Assembly: GCA_041690595.1 (NCBI GenBank)
Contig: JAWLHB010000063.1
Location: forward strand, 1 to 33,631
Direction of reading: 5' to 3'
DNA length: 33,631 bases
Origin: Lentisphaeria bacterium
GTDB lineage: Bacteria > Verrucomicrobiota > Lentisphaeria > JABSQK01 > JAWLHB01
The notes beneath the pieces were generated by a model. The model worked only from the letters and a program-made list of their open reading frames with translations. It had not been told where the DNA came from and did not search any database. Within the stretch, counting starts at the first letter, position 1. Each line of letters begins with the position of its first letter. This document shows positions 9,117 through 17,765 of this stretch, piece after piece. A program made the translations under genes and the position numbers.

Positions 9117-9934
9117 CAGTTGTCCCAGATTTTCCATGGTGCGCGGCCGGTATGCCAGAGCTTTTCAAGATACTCGCGCTCGCGTATATTGTCCATGCAC
9201 TGCCAGAAGCCGTCGTGGGTATGGACGCGGAGCTGTCCATCGTGCGCCAGTTGCTGCAGGGGGCCGAACTCGAAGTCGCAGTCGTCGTCTTCGGTCAAGC
9301 GATCGAGGAAATCGCGCCGAAAGACGAAGAAGCCACCGTTGATGATGCTCTGGGAGAGCTGGGGCTTCTCCTCGAAGGTGGTGACGCGGTCGCCCTCCAG
9401 GCGCATTTCGCCGAAGCGCGAGGGGGGGCGCACCCCCGTCACCGTCCCGACGGCGCCGTGGCTGCAGTGGAAGCGGTAAAGGGCCTGCATGTCCATGGTG
9501 CCGACGCCATCGCCGTAGGTGAGCATGAAGTGCTCCCGATCGAGGTGTTCGGCGACCCGCTTGATCCGCCCTCCCTTGAGGGTATCGACGCCGGTATCGA
9601 TGCAGGTGACCTCCCACGCCTGCTCGGCCCCTTTGCGGTGAACGACGGGCATCCGCTCCGGATCGAGGCGCACGGTGAAGTCGCTGGCCATAATCGGATA
9701 CTCGAAGAAGAAGCGCTTGATGCAGGTCGATTTGTAGCCGAGGGCGAGGACGAAGCGTCGGCAGCCGAAGCAGGAGTAGTACTTCATGATGTGCCAGAGG
9801 ATGGGCATGCCGCCGATCTCGACCATGGGTTTCGGCCGAAGCTCGGTCTCTTCCATCAGTCGAGTGCCTCTGCCGCCGCAGAGGATAACGACGGGGATTT
9901 CCCGCAGGTCGGGAAGGGAGTTGAGATCATCCAT
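9116..9934 (-). CDS. rfbF: Glucose-1-phosphate cytidylyltransferase
   Basis: LCGGRGTRL, PKPMVEIG, ILWHIMK, LTYGDG, INGGFFV, GFWQCMD. Confidence 0.95.
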   Translation of the reverse strand: MDDLNSLPDLREIPVVILCGGRGTRLMEETELRPKPMVEIGGMPILWHIMKYYSCFGCRRFVLALGYKSTCIKRFFFEYPIMASDFTVRLDPERMPVVHRKGAEQAWEVTCIDTGVDTLKGGRIKRVAEHLDREHFMLTYGDGVGTMDMQALYRFHCSHGAVGTVTGVRPPSRFGEMRLEGDRVTTFEEKPQLSQSIINGGFFVFRRDFLDRLTEDDDCDFEFGPLQQLAHDGQLRVHTHDGFWQCMDNIREREYLEKLWHTGRAPWKIWDN

Positions 9935-9964
9935 GGAGCTACCTGTCGATGTGAGGATTGGCGT

Positions 9965-10750
9965 TCAGCGTGTGGCTGTGAAGAAGTGCTGGTACTTGAG
10001 GAAGGGAAGGAGGCGTGGGAGATGGTCGCGCATCAGCCGGGGGAAGGCTCTGTAGAGGGGCTGGAGCAGCCTCCATGGCACCCGCGGGATCGTGCAGCCA
10101 AGCGGTTGGTATTGGATGTCGCGGAAGCCGATCTCACGCAGGAGCGCATGCAGTTGCCGGCTGGTGTAGGCGTACGAGAAGGTGTAGTCGGTCGCCTGCG
10201 CGAAGCGCTGGCAATGGATGGCCTGAATCAGGCTGAAGGCGTTGACGCGGGTGAAGATGAAGGTTCCTCCCGGCTTGAGCACGTCATGGCAAATCCTCAG
10301 GTGCAGCTTTGCCTGGGCAGGAAGAATGTAGCCGACGACGCTGGAGCTGACCACGCAATCGTACTGGATGGGCGCATCGAAGAGACCGTTGCGCGTGTGA
10401 TAGAGGTTGGCCTGGGGGTAGACCTCGGCAATCGCCTGGAGTGCACCGCGGTTGACCTCCACGGCATCGACCCTATCGAAGCGCGGCCAATAGTCTTCCT
10501 TCCACCATGGCCCGCCGCAACCGTAGTCGAGCAGGGCTCCGCCACGGGGCATGCGCTCCATCATGAGCGCATTGAAGGAGCGGCGGACCGCCCCGACTTC
10601 CGGGCCGAAGTAGCTCTGCTCCAGCGTCTCCAGCGACTCGAGGATTGCCTCGCCTTCGGCATGTCGGCGCAGCTCTTCCATGTGGCAGAGGGCCTCGAGA
10701 ATCGGCAGATCGTGACGTTCCAGAGTGCGGTCTTCGATCGTGGCCATCAT
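9965..10750 (-). CDS. Class I SAM-dependent methyltransferase
   Basis: LLDYGCGG motif I, VEVN, LKPGG. ATG 10750 or 10747 with GGAGG upstream, overlapping the previous stop. Confidence 0.82.
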   Translation of the reverse strand: MMATIEDRTLERHDLPILEALCHMEELRRHAEGEAILESLETLEQSYFGPEVGAVRRSFNALMMERMPRGGALLDYGCGGPWWKEDYWPRFDRVDAVEVNRGALQAIAEVYPQANLYHTRNGLFDAPIQYDCVVSSSVVGYILPAQAKLHLRICHDVLKPGGTFIFTRVNAFSLIQAIHCQRFAQATDYTFSYAYTSRQLHALLREIGFRDIQYQPLGCTIPRVPWRLLQPLYRAFPRLMRDHLPRLLPFLKYQHFFTATR

Positions 10751-12249
10751 GCCTCCAGATAAGGCTGAAGGTTTTCGTCGCAGACCGCTCGGAAATAGCT
10801 GCTTATGTACGCCATGCCTTGCTCGATGCTGGAGGCGATGGCGGCGGGCTCGCGGGTCTCGATGGCATGCAGTGCATCCCGGATGGCCGAGGCGGAGTCT
10901 GCCTGCCACTTGAGGTGTGGACACTGAAAGAGCGGATCACCCGCCGCGCCAAAACCGATGTCGAGATAGATGACGGGAATACCGAGCGCCAGGGCCTCCA
11001 TGCAGACGGTGGTCTCCGAGTAGAGAAGGAGGTCGGCGCGGGCGAGAAAGGGGCCCATGGCTTCGCCGTCGCGGATCGTGAAGTTGTCGGGCAGCGGCTG
11101 ACCGAGGCTGGCTACCTGCTGCGCCGTGGGCAAGGCCGGATGCGCTTTGACGTCGACCTGGTAGGTGGTACCGGCAAAGGCTTCGATGGCCATGCGCAGC
11201 ACCGGCAGGTTGGTTGAGAGATCAATGGTGAGGGGCAGCGCCAGCCGTTGGACGGATCCGCTCCATGGCTTGGCCGGGAGCTGGCGGAGGTTCTGGAAGC
11301 GGATGGCGGCGCCGGGCCGCAGGCATCCTTCGGGAAAGGCGCCATAGTCGGCCAGGATGTCGCGGGAGCGCTCCCCGGTCGTCAGGATGCAATCGGGCAG
11401 CGGGGCGATGCCACGTTCCTCGGCGGGAGGAAAGAAGCGCAGTTGATTGAGAAGGACGGTGGTGTGCTGAGCGCCAACCAGCCGTGGCGGATGCTCGCTT
11501 CGGCGCGCGGCCAGGCAGAGGAGCCGCTCCCAAGGATGGTTCTCCCATGGCCAGAGGAGCCGCCTGGGGCTCTGCTGGCGAAGCAGCCTCACAAAGGCGC
11601 GCTGGTACATGAGGTGACGCATGAGGAGCCCGTTGACCTGCTCCTGGTGCCAGCGGTTGAGCAGGTACTCCGGCCATTCGTCGGCAAGGCCGTCGGGCAG
11701 GGTGAATCGCGCCGCGAGGGCGCCGGCGACCGCGCGGAGGAGATCGCCATGGGTCATGAAAGCTTCGATGGGAAAGATCGGGCCGCTTTCGGCGGCAAGG
11801 CGGGCCGCGACCAGATGCTCGTCGGCCACGGTGATGGCGACCTGCGCCCATCGCACCTTGCGGGCGTCGAGGTAGTCGAGCAGCGGTTGCCAATAGGGAT
11901 CCCGCCGCTTGCCATGGTCATCCCAGCCGCGTTTGTCGAGGTAGGTGAAGAGCAGCAGGTCGCATGGTCCTTCCGCCTGGCACCTGTGCAGGCGACGGCG
12001 GAGGGCGGCCGGCGCGAGGAGGCGCAGCCGGTGAGCCTGTGCGGCGGCATGCTGAAGCAGGGTCCGCCGATCACCTTCCGGTTGGGGCATCTTTCCGCTC
12101 TCCAGAAAGGGGAGCAGATGGGGCAGCTCGTTGGCCCTGGCGGCCAAATCGGAAGCCCACCAGGCAGGATTGTCCACATTGAGGCGGGCAATGTTGCCGA
12201 TCATGGAGCGGTATGCCTCGAAGGGTTCAGGCAGTGGCTTCACGCTCAT
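10747..12249 (-). CDS. Surface-carbohydrate biosynthesis protein, putative GT-B-fold transferase (resembles LIC13510/TIGR04326-type proteins)
   Basis: 500-aa ORF coupled at both ends; PWENHPWE, GAQH, VKAHP, ETTVCMEALALGIPV. Family assignment is from memory. Confidence 0.6.
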   Translation of the reverse strand: MSVKPLPEPFEAYRSMIGNIARLNVDNPAWWASDLAARANELPHLLPFLESGKMPQPEGDRRTLLQHAAAQAHRLRLLAPAALRRRLHRCQAEGPCDLLLFTYLDKRGWDDHGKRRDPYWQPLLDYLDARKVRWAQVAITVADEHLVAARLAAESGPIFPIEAFMTHGDLLRAVAGALAARFTLPDGLADEWPEYLLNRWHQEQVNGLLMRHLMYQRAFVRLLRQQSPRRLLWPWENHPWERLLCLAARRSEHPPRLVGAQHTTVLLNQLRFFPPAEERGIAPLPDCILTTGERSRDILADYGAFPEGCLRPGAAIRFQNLRQLPAKPWSGSVQRLALPLTIDLSTNLPVLRMAIEAFAGTTYQVDVKAHPALPTAQQVASLGQPLPDNFTIRDGEAMGPFLARADLLLYSETTVCMEALALGIPVIYLDIGFGAAGDPLFQCPHLKWQADSASAIRDALHAIETREPAAIASSIEQGMAYISSYFRAVCDENLQPYLEA

Positions 12250-13052
12250 TCCTTCTTTGTCTTCTGGATATGGGCCACGTATTTCCGGGTATGAAGCCGG
12301 CAGTTGTCGAGCGGCAGCATGCGTTTGAGGAAATAGGCGATGGTACCGGGAGGAGTTCGGGCGGCCAGATACTCGGTGACTTCGAAGCAGGCCGGCGAGA
12401 TGTAGCGGTCGCTGAAGCGCGGATGGACCATGATGTCATCACAGAGGATGCGGCCGCCTGGACGACAGAGATGCCAGCCGTTGCAGGTGTCCCAGGCCGC
12501 TTCCGGATAGTGGTGACCGCCATCGACCCAGACCAGATCGAAGAGACCCTCCACGGCTCCGGGAATGAAGAAGGAGTTGAGCTTCAGGAAGCGGATGTTG
12601 GACTTGGCCAGGTTGAGGGCCTGACGCCGCGAGAAGGCGGCATAGGCGTCATCGCTCTGCCGATCGTAGGAGGAGCGCAGAATCGGATCGCTCTCGGGCA
12701 GATCGACGGTGACGATTTCGGATTCGGGAAAGAGGGCGGCGAGGATGGCGGTGAACTGGCCATCATAGGTACCGATTTCCAGGATGCGCCGCCATGGCCC
12801 GGGCTGGAGGCTGATGGCGCTGAAGAGGAGCCAGTGAATGCTGTCGTTGCGCCGGTCGAAGCTGCGTTGGAGTTGATCGTTGAGGATCAGATCGAGCCTC
12901 TTTCGTGCAGCCTCGAAGTCAAAGCCGAGCTGCTGGAAGCGCGCCTCTTCCTCTGCTGCCACTCTGGCTGGCGGATGCCGACGAAGGTAACGCATCAGGC
13001 ATACCTTCTCGACGTAAGCGCGCGGATTGAAGTATTTGCTCAAGGTTGCCAT
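12246..13052 (-). CDS. Class I SAM-dependent methyltransferase (Methyltransf_24-like)
   Basis: ILEIGTYDG, TVDLP, VWVDGGH, PGGRILCDD. Confidence 0.82.
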   Translation of the reverse strand: MATLSKYFNPRAYVEKVCLMRYLRRHPPARVAAEEEARFQQLGFDFEAARKRLDLILNDQLQRSFDRRNDSIHWLLFSAISLQPGPWRRILEIGTYDGQFTAILAALFPESEIVTVDLPESDPILRSSYDRQSDDAYAAFSRRQALNLAKSNIRFLKLNSFFIPGAVEGLFDLVWVDGGHHYPEAAWDTCNGWHLCRPGGRILCDDIMVHPRFSDRYISPACFEVTEYLAARTPPGTIAYFLKRMLPLDNCRLHTRKYVAHIQKTKKE

Positions 13053-13096
13053 GAATGGGACGGATCTCCTGCGGGTATTTCAGCGACAGCGCTTGT

Positions 13097-13945
13097 CTAC
13101 CAGTCGGTATACAATTCCGCCAATTGAGGGGCGGGTCGAAGGATGAGCCCGAAGAATCCTTCCAGATCTTCTGCTCGCCACAACGATTTGGTCAGGCGCA
13201 GAGGATGACGGCGCGGGTACTGAAGGTACGTTTCCTGGTGTACGATCTCCCAGCCGGTGAAGTTGCAGAGGAGGCGAAGATCCTGGGGTGAAAGCTCAAA
13301 GATGTGGGTGTTCTCAGCAGAAGCCTTGCGGTGAACCGGGCCGCGAAGATGGTGCAGACCGATCCGGCTGCGCGCCACGTACGGTACTGTCACCACCAGC
13401 AGACAATCCGGCGTCGATTTGCCCAGATCGTAGAGGAAGCGAGCGGGGTTCATGAAATGCTCCAGCGTTTCGAAAAGCAGGAAGATGTCAGCGGCACCAT
13501 GTTCGTGGTGCAGCTCCTCCGCCCGGCAGCAGACAGCCTCGAGCCCTTTTGCGCGAATTCGCTCTACGGCATGGGGATCCATGTTCACACTGAGGGTGTG
13601 AACATCGTGGTCAAGCAATGCCTTGATGTACCGCAGGTGCGTGCCGGAGGAATCGCCGATATCGACAATGAGGCGGGCATCCGGTTTGAGGTCGCAGGCT
13701 TTGAGGGCAAGGCGAGTCTGAAACGCATGTGCTTGCCGGATCTTCCTCGTGATATACTCAGAATCGAGTCGAACCGAGGTGTACTGATCGGAGATATCCG
13801 GAATGATCACTTCGAGTTGCCGCACGATGGCATCCAGCCCCTGCTCTCGGGCAGCCGCTTTCAGCGATCGCAGCCGGATACCGAAGAGAAGATCCAGTTT
13901 TCCGCCGATCCTGGCAAGCAAGAGATCAGACATTGTGATTTGCAT
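13097..13945 (-). CDS. Methyltransferase-domain protein
   Basis: IVDIGDSSG, FETLEH, VTVPY. Start ATG 13945 or 13933; the upstream part of the track ORF overlaps the dehydrogenase gene. Confidence 0.72.
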   Translation of the reverse strand: MQITMSDLLLARIGGKLDLLFGIRLRSLKAAAREQGLDAIVRQLEVIIPDISDQYTSVRLDSEYITRKIRQAHAFQTRLALKACDLKPDARLIVDIGDSSGTHLRYIKALLDHDVHTLSVNMDPHAVERIRAKGLEAVCCRAEELHHEHGAADIFLLFETLEHFMNPARFLYDLGKSTPDCLLVVTVPYVARSRIGLHHLRGPVHRKASAENTHIFELSPQDLRLLCNFTGWEIVHQETYLQYPRRHPLRLTKSLWRAEDLEGFFGLILRPAPQLAELYTDW

Positions 13946-13959
13946 GTCCCATGATCGCG

Positions 13960-15558
13960 TTACTCCGGTTCTTTTCCGAACAGGCGCAGCAGTTCTTCGA
14001 TGGCTGCCCAGCCCATATTCTTGATGGCGCGGTTGCTGCTGCCGGCGATGTGGCAGGTGGTGAGCAGATGTGGCGTCGCGCCAAGCTCGGGGCTGGGGAC
14101 GGGTTCGTCTTCGTAGACGTCGATGGCGGCGCCGGCGAGCCGGTTCGCGTGGAGGGCGGCCGCCAGCGCGGCCTCGTCGACCACTTCGCCACGTGAGGTA
14201 TTGAGCAGGTAGCCGCCGGGCTTCATCCGGGCGAGGAAGCTCTGGTTGACGAGGTGGAGATTCTGGGGGGTCATGGAGATGTGCAGGGAGATGATGTCGC
14301 TCTCGCGGATCAGGTAATCCTGGGGGACGGCTTCGGCGGGAGCTTCGGCGTCGATTTCGAGCAGGTCGTTGACGAGGAGGCGCCCTACCCCGAGTTGGGC
14401 GAACTTGCGGGCGACGACTTTGCCGACGTGGCCATAGCCGATGATGCCGACGGTCATTTCGGCCAGCTCGCGGCCGGGAAGCTTGCGCCATTTGCCGGCG
14501 CGATATCCCTGGATGCTGTCGTCGATGTTGCGCAGCATCATGATGGTGAGGGCAATGACGAGTTCGCCGACGCTGTCGGAGTTGACCCCCTTTCGGTAGG
14601 CCACCTCGATCTGGGCGCGCCGCGCCGCGTCGAAGTCGACATTGTTAAGGCCGACGCCATACTTGGAGACGTAGCGCATGAGGGGGAGTTGCGCGATGAC
14701 CTCGGCGGAAAAGGGCTCGGTACCCAGGATGAGGCCGTCGGCCTCGGCGAGGAAGGCGGCCAGCTCGTCACCGGCCAGCTTGCCATCGGAGGGATTGAGG
14801 AGAACGTTGGGGTAGAAGCGGCGGAGTTCACTGACGAGGTAGTCGTCGTTGCAGAAGGTCTTGGAGGTGACGGCGATGGTGGGGTTGCCGGTGGCGGCGC
14901 GGAGGCGCATGCGGGGGAGGACATCGAGGGTGCTGCAGTCACCGGCGGCATTGATGAGGCGGATGCCGCGTCCGAGGAGGAGCTGGCGGGTTTTGGCGAG
15001 CCAGTCGGCAAGTTCGGGGAAGTGGTAGTTACGGGCCTGCTCGACATCGATGCCGCCTGGTGCGGGGCGATAGAAGGGCTGGTCGGGGTTCTCGACGCTG
15101 CCGTCGACGCCGAGGATGTAGATGGGGTTGCATCCCATCCAGACGGCCAACTGCACTTCGATCTGGAGCACGTTGCTGGCGTAGACCTGTCGGGTTAGAT
15201 CGAGGGAAAAGGATTTGGCGTGGCCGGTGGTGGAGAAGGTGCAGGGGATGGACACGAGGCGCCGGCGGATCTCGGCCGGGGGATCCCAGCCGCGGTTCTT
15301 CTCGAGGACGCTTTCGGGGACGACGACGATGGTGTCGAGCGCGTCGGCGATCTGGTCGCGCAGGGGGGCAAAGCGTTCATTGCGCTGGAAACAGATGTAG
15401 TTGAAGCGGCGCTGGGCGGCATCGACGAGGAGCTGATTGCAACCGATGGTGACGTGGTCGCGGAGGCAGTCGAGGTCGAGGCTGGCCAGATGGGGGGCGG
15501 TTCCCAGGCAGAAGCCGGGCTGGCCGGCATGACGGTCGCGCAGGTCACGGATCTCCAT
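13960..15558 (-). CDS. Fusion: N-terminal DUF115/Maf/CstII-like domain + C-terminal D-2-hydroxyacid (phosphoglycerate-dehydrogenase-like) dehydrogenase
   Basis: N-terminal LGTAPHL, TIGCNQ, MGCNPIYILGVD, LINA; C-terminal SKYGVGLNNVD, GIIGYGHVG, LNTSRG, DVYEDEP, HIAG; one uninterrupted 532-aa frame. Confidence 0.8.
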   Translation of the reverse strand: MEIRDLRDRHAGQPGFCLGTAPHLASLDLDCLRDHVTIGCNQLLVDAAQRRFNYICFQRNERFAPLRDQIADALDTIVVVPESVLEKNRGWDPPAEIRRRLVSIPCTFSTTGHAKSFSLDLTRQVYASNVLQIEVQLAVWMGCNPIYILGVDGSVENPDQPFYRPAPGGIDVEQARNYHFPELADWLAKTRQLLLGRGIRLINAAGDCSTLDVLPRMRLRAATGNPTIAVTSKTFCNDDYLVSELRRFYPNVLLNPSDGKLAGDELAAFLAEADGLILGTEPFSAEVIAQLPLMRYVSKYGVGLNNVDFDAARRAQIEVAYRKGVNSDSVGELVIALTIMMLRNIDDSIQGYRAGKWRKLPGRELAEMTVGIIGYGHVGKVVARKFAQLGVGRLLVNDLLEIDAEAPAEAVPQDYLIRESDIISLHISMTPQNLHLVNQSFLARMKPGGYLLNTSRGEVVDEAALAAALHANRLAGAAIDVYEDEPVPSPELGATPHLLTTCHIAGSSNRAIKNMGWAAIEELLRLFGKEPE

Positions 15559-15561
15559 GGG

Positions 15562-16338
15562 TCAGGACTCCCGCTGGGGTTGACGGATCGCAGCCAGGCC
15601 GGCTCTGCAGGCGTTGCCGAGGAGGGTGATATCGAGGCTGTAGGCGATGAAGGTGTAGCCTTGGCGAAAGCGGCTGAGGACCTCATCGGGAAGGGGCTGC
15701 ACGACGTGGATGCCGGTGGCGAGACCGGCGGCGCGACTGACGCTGAGGATCCGCTCGCAGGCCGCCAGATAGTCCGGGTGATCGAATTGTGCGGTGATGC
15801 CCATGGAGGCGGAGAGATCGTAGGGGCCGATCATGACGCCGTCCACCCCCGGCACGTGGACAATCTCTTCGAGTTGCTCGAGGGCGCGCCGGTGCTCGAT
15901 CTGAATGCAGACGGAGATGTCGGCATTGGCGCGGGCGACGGCGGCCTGTATATCGTGTCCGTACGCATTGCAGCGTGCATAGCCGACGCCGCGCTCTCCC
16001 TGGGGTGGATACTTGACGGAGCGCACCAGTTCGCGAGCTTCGGCGGCGCTGTTGATGAAGGGGCAGATGACGCCCCGGGCGCCCGCATCGAGATAGCGCT
16101 TGGTGGTGGCGTAGTCGTTGCCGGGGAGGCGCACCATTGGCACGCAGCCTGGATTGCCGGCGCCGATCGCCTGGAAGATGGCATGGGCCTGGGCGAGGTC
16201 GACCGGGGAGTGCTCGGCATCGATGACGAGGAAGTCAAAGCCGGCCTGGCTCATCAATTCGGCGACGATGGGGCTGGCGGTATTGATCCAGGAACCGACG
16301 GCATCGCGACGTTCTCGCAGAATGGACATGGGCTTCAT
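15562..16338 (-). CDS. HpcH/HpaI (2-dehydro-3-deoxyglucarate-type) class II pyruvate aldolase
   Basis: IDAEHSP, VRL, LDAGARGVICP, YPPQGERGVG, QIEH, GPYDLSASMG. Confidence 0.9.
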   Translation of the reverse strand: MKPMSILRERRDAVGSWINTASPIVAELMSQAGFDFLVIDAEHSPVDLAQAHAIFQAIGAGNPGCVPMVRLPGNDYATTKRYLDAGARGVICPFINSAAEARELVRSVKYPPQGERGVGYARCNAYGHDIQAAVARANADISVCIQIEHRRALEQLEEIVHVPGVDGVMIGPYDLSASMGITAQFDHPDYLAACERILSVSRAAGLATGIHVVQPLPDEVLSRFRQGYTFIAYSLDITLLGNACRAGLAAIRQPQRES

Positions 16339-16356
16339 CCAGGGGGCTGATCGGTT

Positions 16357-17106
16357 TCAGTAACGGCAAAGGAGAGGATCGTTGGCCATGCGGCGCTCCA
16401 CCTCGGCCAAATCGGCGGGGGTGTCGACGGCATGGGTATCGAACTCCACCTCGACCATACGCACGGGTATGCCGTTTTCGACAAAGCGCATCATATCGAC
16501 GGATTCGGCGAGTTCAAGCGGGGTGGGAGCAAGTTGCACGTACTGCTGGAGGGCATCCCGTCGAAAAGGGATGATGCAGACCTGCTTGTAGCGGGGGATG
16601 TTGTCGAAGCCCTCGATGTCATCCGTGGGAATGGGCCGACGGGAGAAGTAGAGGGCATTGCCCTGGCGATCCATGACGACCTTGATGGTGTTTCGGCTCT
16701 CCCACTCCCCGCGGGTGGGGATGCGGGCGGTGAGGTTGACGCACTGGATGGCGGGATCGAGCTTCATGTCGCGGACGGATGCCTCGATCATGTCGGGGGT
16801 GGTCATCGGTTCGTCGCCCTGGACCATGACGATGATATCGGCATCGAGATTGGCGGCTGCTTCGGCGACGCGTTCGCTGCAGCGGGTGTGGGTGGCGGCG
16901 GTCATGATGGCGTTGCCGCCGAATGCTTCGGTGGCGGCGCGAATCTCCTCATCGCAGGTCGCCAGATAGACCTGATCGATGGAGGGGGCCATGGCGACGC
17001 GCCGGTAGACGTGCTCGATCATGGGGCGGCCCAGGATGGGCGCGAGGGGTTTGCCGGGGAAGCGGGACGAGCCCATGCGGGCGGGGATGACGGCAACAAT
17101 CTTCAT
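16357..17106 (-). CDS. KdsB-like (CMP-Kdo synthetase family) ulosonic-acid cytidylyltransferase
   Basis: IPARMGSSRFPGKPL, VQGDEP, ALYFSR, AVDTPADL. Substrate-side motifs differ from canonical KdsB. Confidence 0.88.
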   Translation of the reverse strand: MKIVAVIPARMGSSRFPGKPLAPILGRPMIEHVYRRVAMAPSIDQVYLATCDEEIRAATEAFGGNAIMTAATHTRCSERVAEAAANLDADIIVMVQGDEPMTTPDMIEASVRDMKLDPAIQCVNLTARIPTRGEWESRNTIKVVMDRQGNALYFSRRPIPTDDIEGFDNIPRYKQVCIIPFRRDALQQYVQLAPTPLELAESVDMMRFVENGIPVRMVEVEFDTHAVDTPADLAEVERRMANDPLLCRY

Positions 17107-17765
17107 GATTCGATCTGCTCCTTGCTGATGAAATCGTCGGGGGGAAGATCCTTGATGGGCCGGGCGGGATTGCCTGCGGCCACCACATTGGGAGGGATGT
17201 CACGGCTGACGAGGCTGCCGGCGCCAATGACGGAGTTCTCGCCGATGGTCACGCCTTTGAGGATGATCGTCTGCATGCCGATCCAGACGCAGTTGCCGAT
17301 GGTCACCGCGGCATCGGTGCCCTGAGGTGGGTTCATGACGCGATTATGCGGCGGCCATAGGGCATGAAAGTCTGAATCGACAATGGTCACGTTGGGGGCA
17401 ATCATGACGTTCTCGCCAAGGCGGATGGTAGTGGAGCGGGCGACGATGGAGGTGCCATTCAGGCCGCTCCCGGCACCGATGATAATGCGGGCGGCGGGCA
17501 GGTAGGTGACAAAGCGCACAGGCGCATAGAGGGTCGACGCCGTGCAGCGGAAGGACGATGAGACGAGGCAGACACGATCCTCGATTCGGATGTTGCTCCC
17601 GGGGCATCTGCGGATCATGACCGGCCCTGCCGCGCGGACTTCCTGCCCGAGTTCCACACCGATCAACCGACACTTCCATCGCAAGCGCCATGTGCTCCAC
17701 AGTTCGGTGCCTTGTATCCGCAACAGCTGGGAGAACCAGGCCATTCTATCTTGAAAGCGGGTCAT
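17103..17765 (-). CDS. Hexapeptide-repeat (LbH) O-acyltransferase
   Basis: DSDFH, IGNCVWIG, KGVTIGENSVIGAGSLV, AGNPA. Confidence 0.9.
   Translation of the reverse strand: MTRFQDRMAWFSQLLRIQGTELWSTWRLRWKCRLIGVELGQEVRAAGPVMIRRCPGSNIRIEDRVCLVSSSFRCTASTLYAPVRFVTYLPAARIIIGAGSGLNGTSIVARSTTIRLGENVMIAPNVTIVDSDFHALWPPHNRVMNPPQGTDAAVTIGNCVWIGMQTIILKGVTIGENSVIGAGSLVSRDIPPNVVAAGNPARPIKDLPPDDFISKEQIES

Noticed and set aside
13960..14880. Housekeeping serA
   Set aside because: No ACT domain, fused to a transferase-like domain and embedded in the sugar operon.
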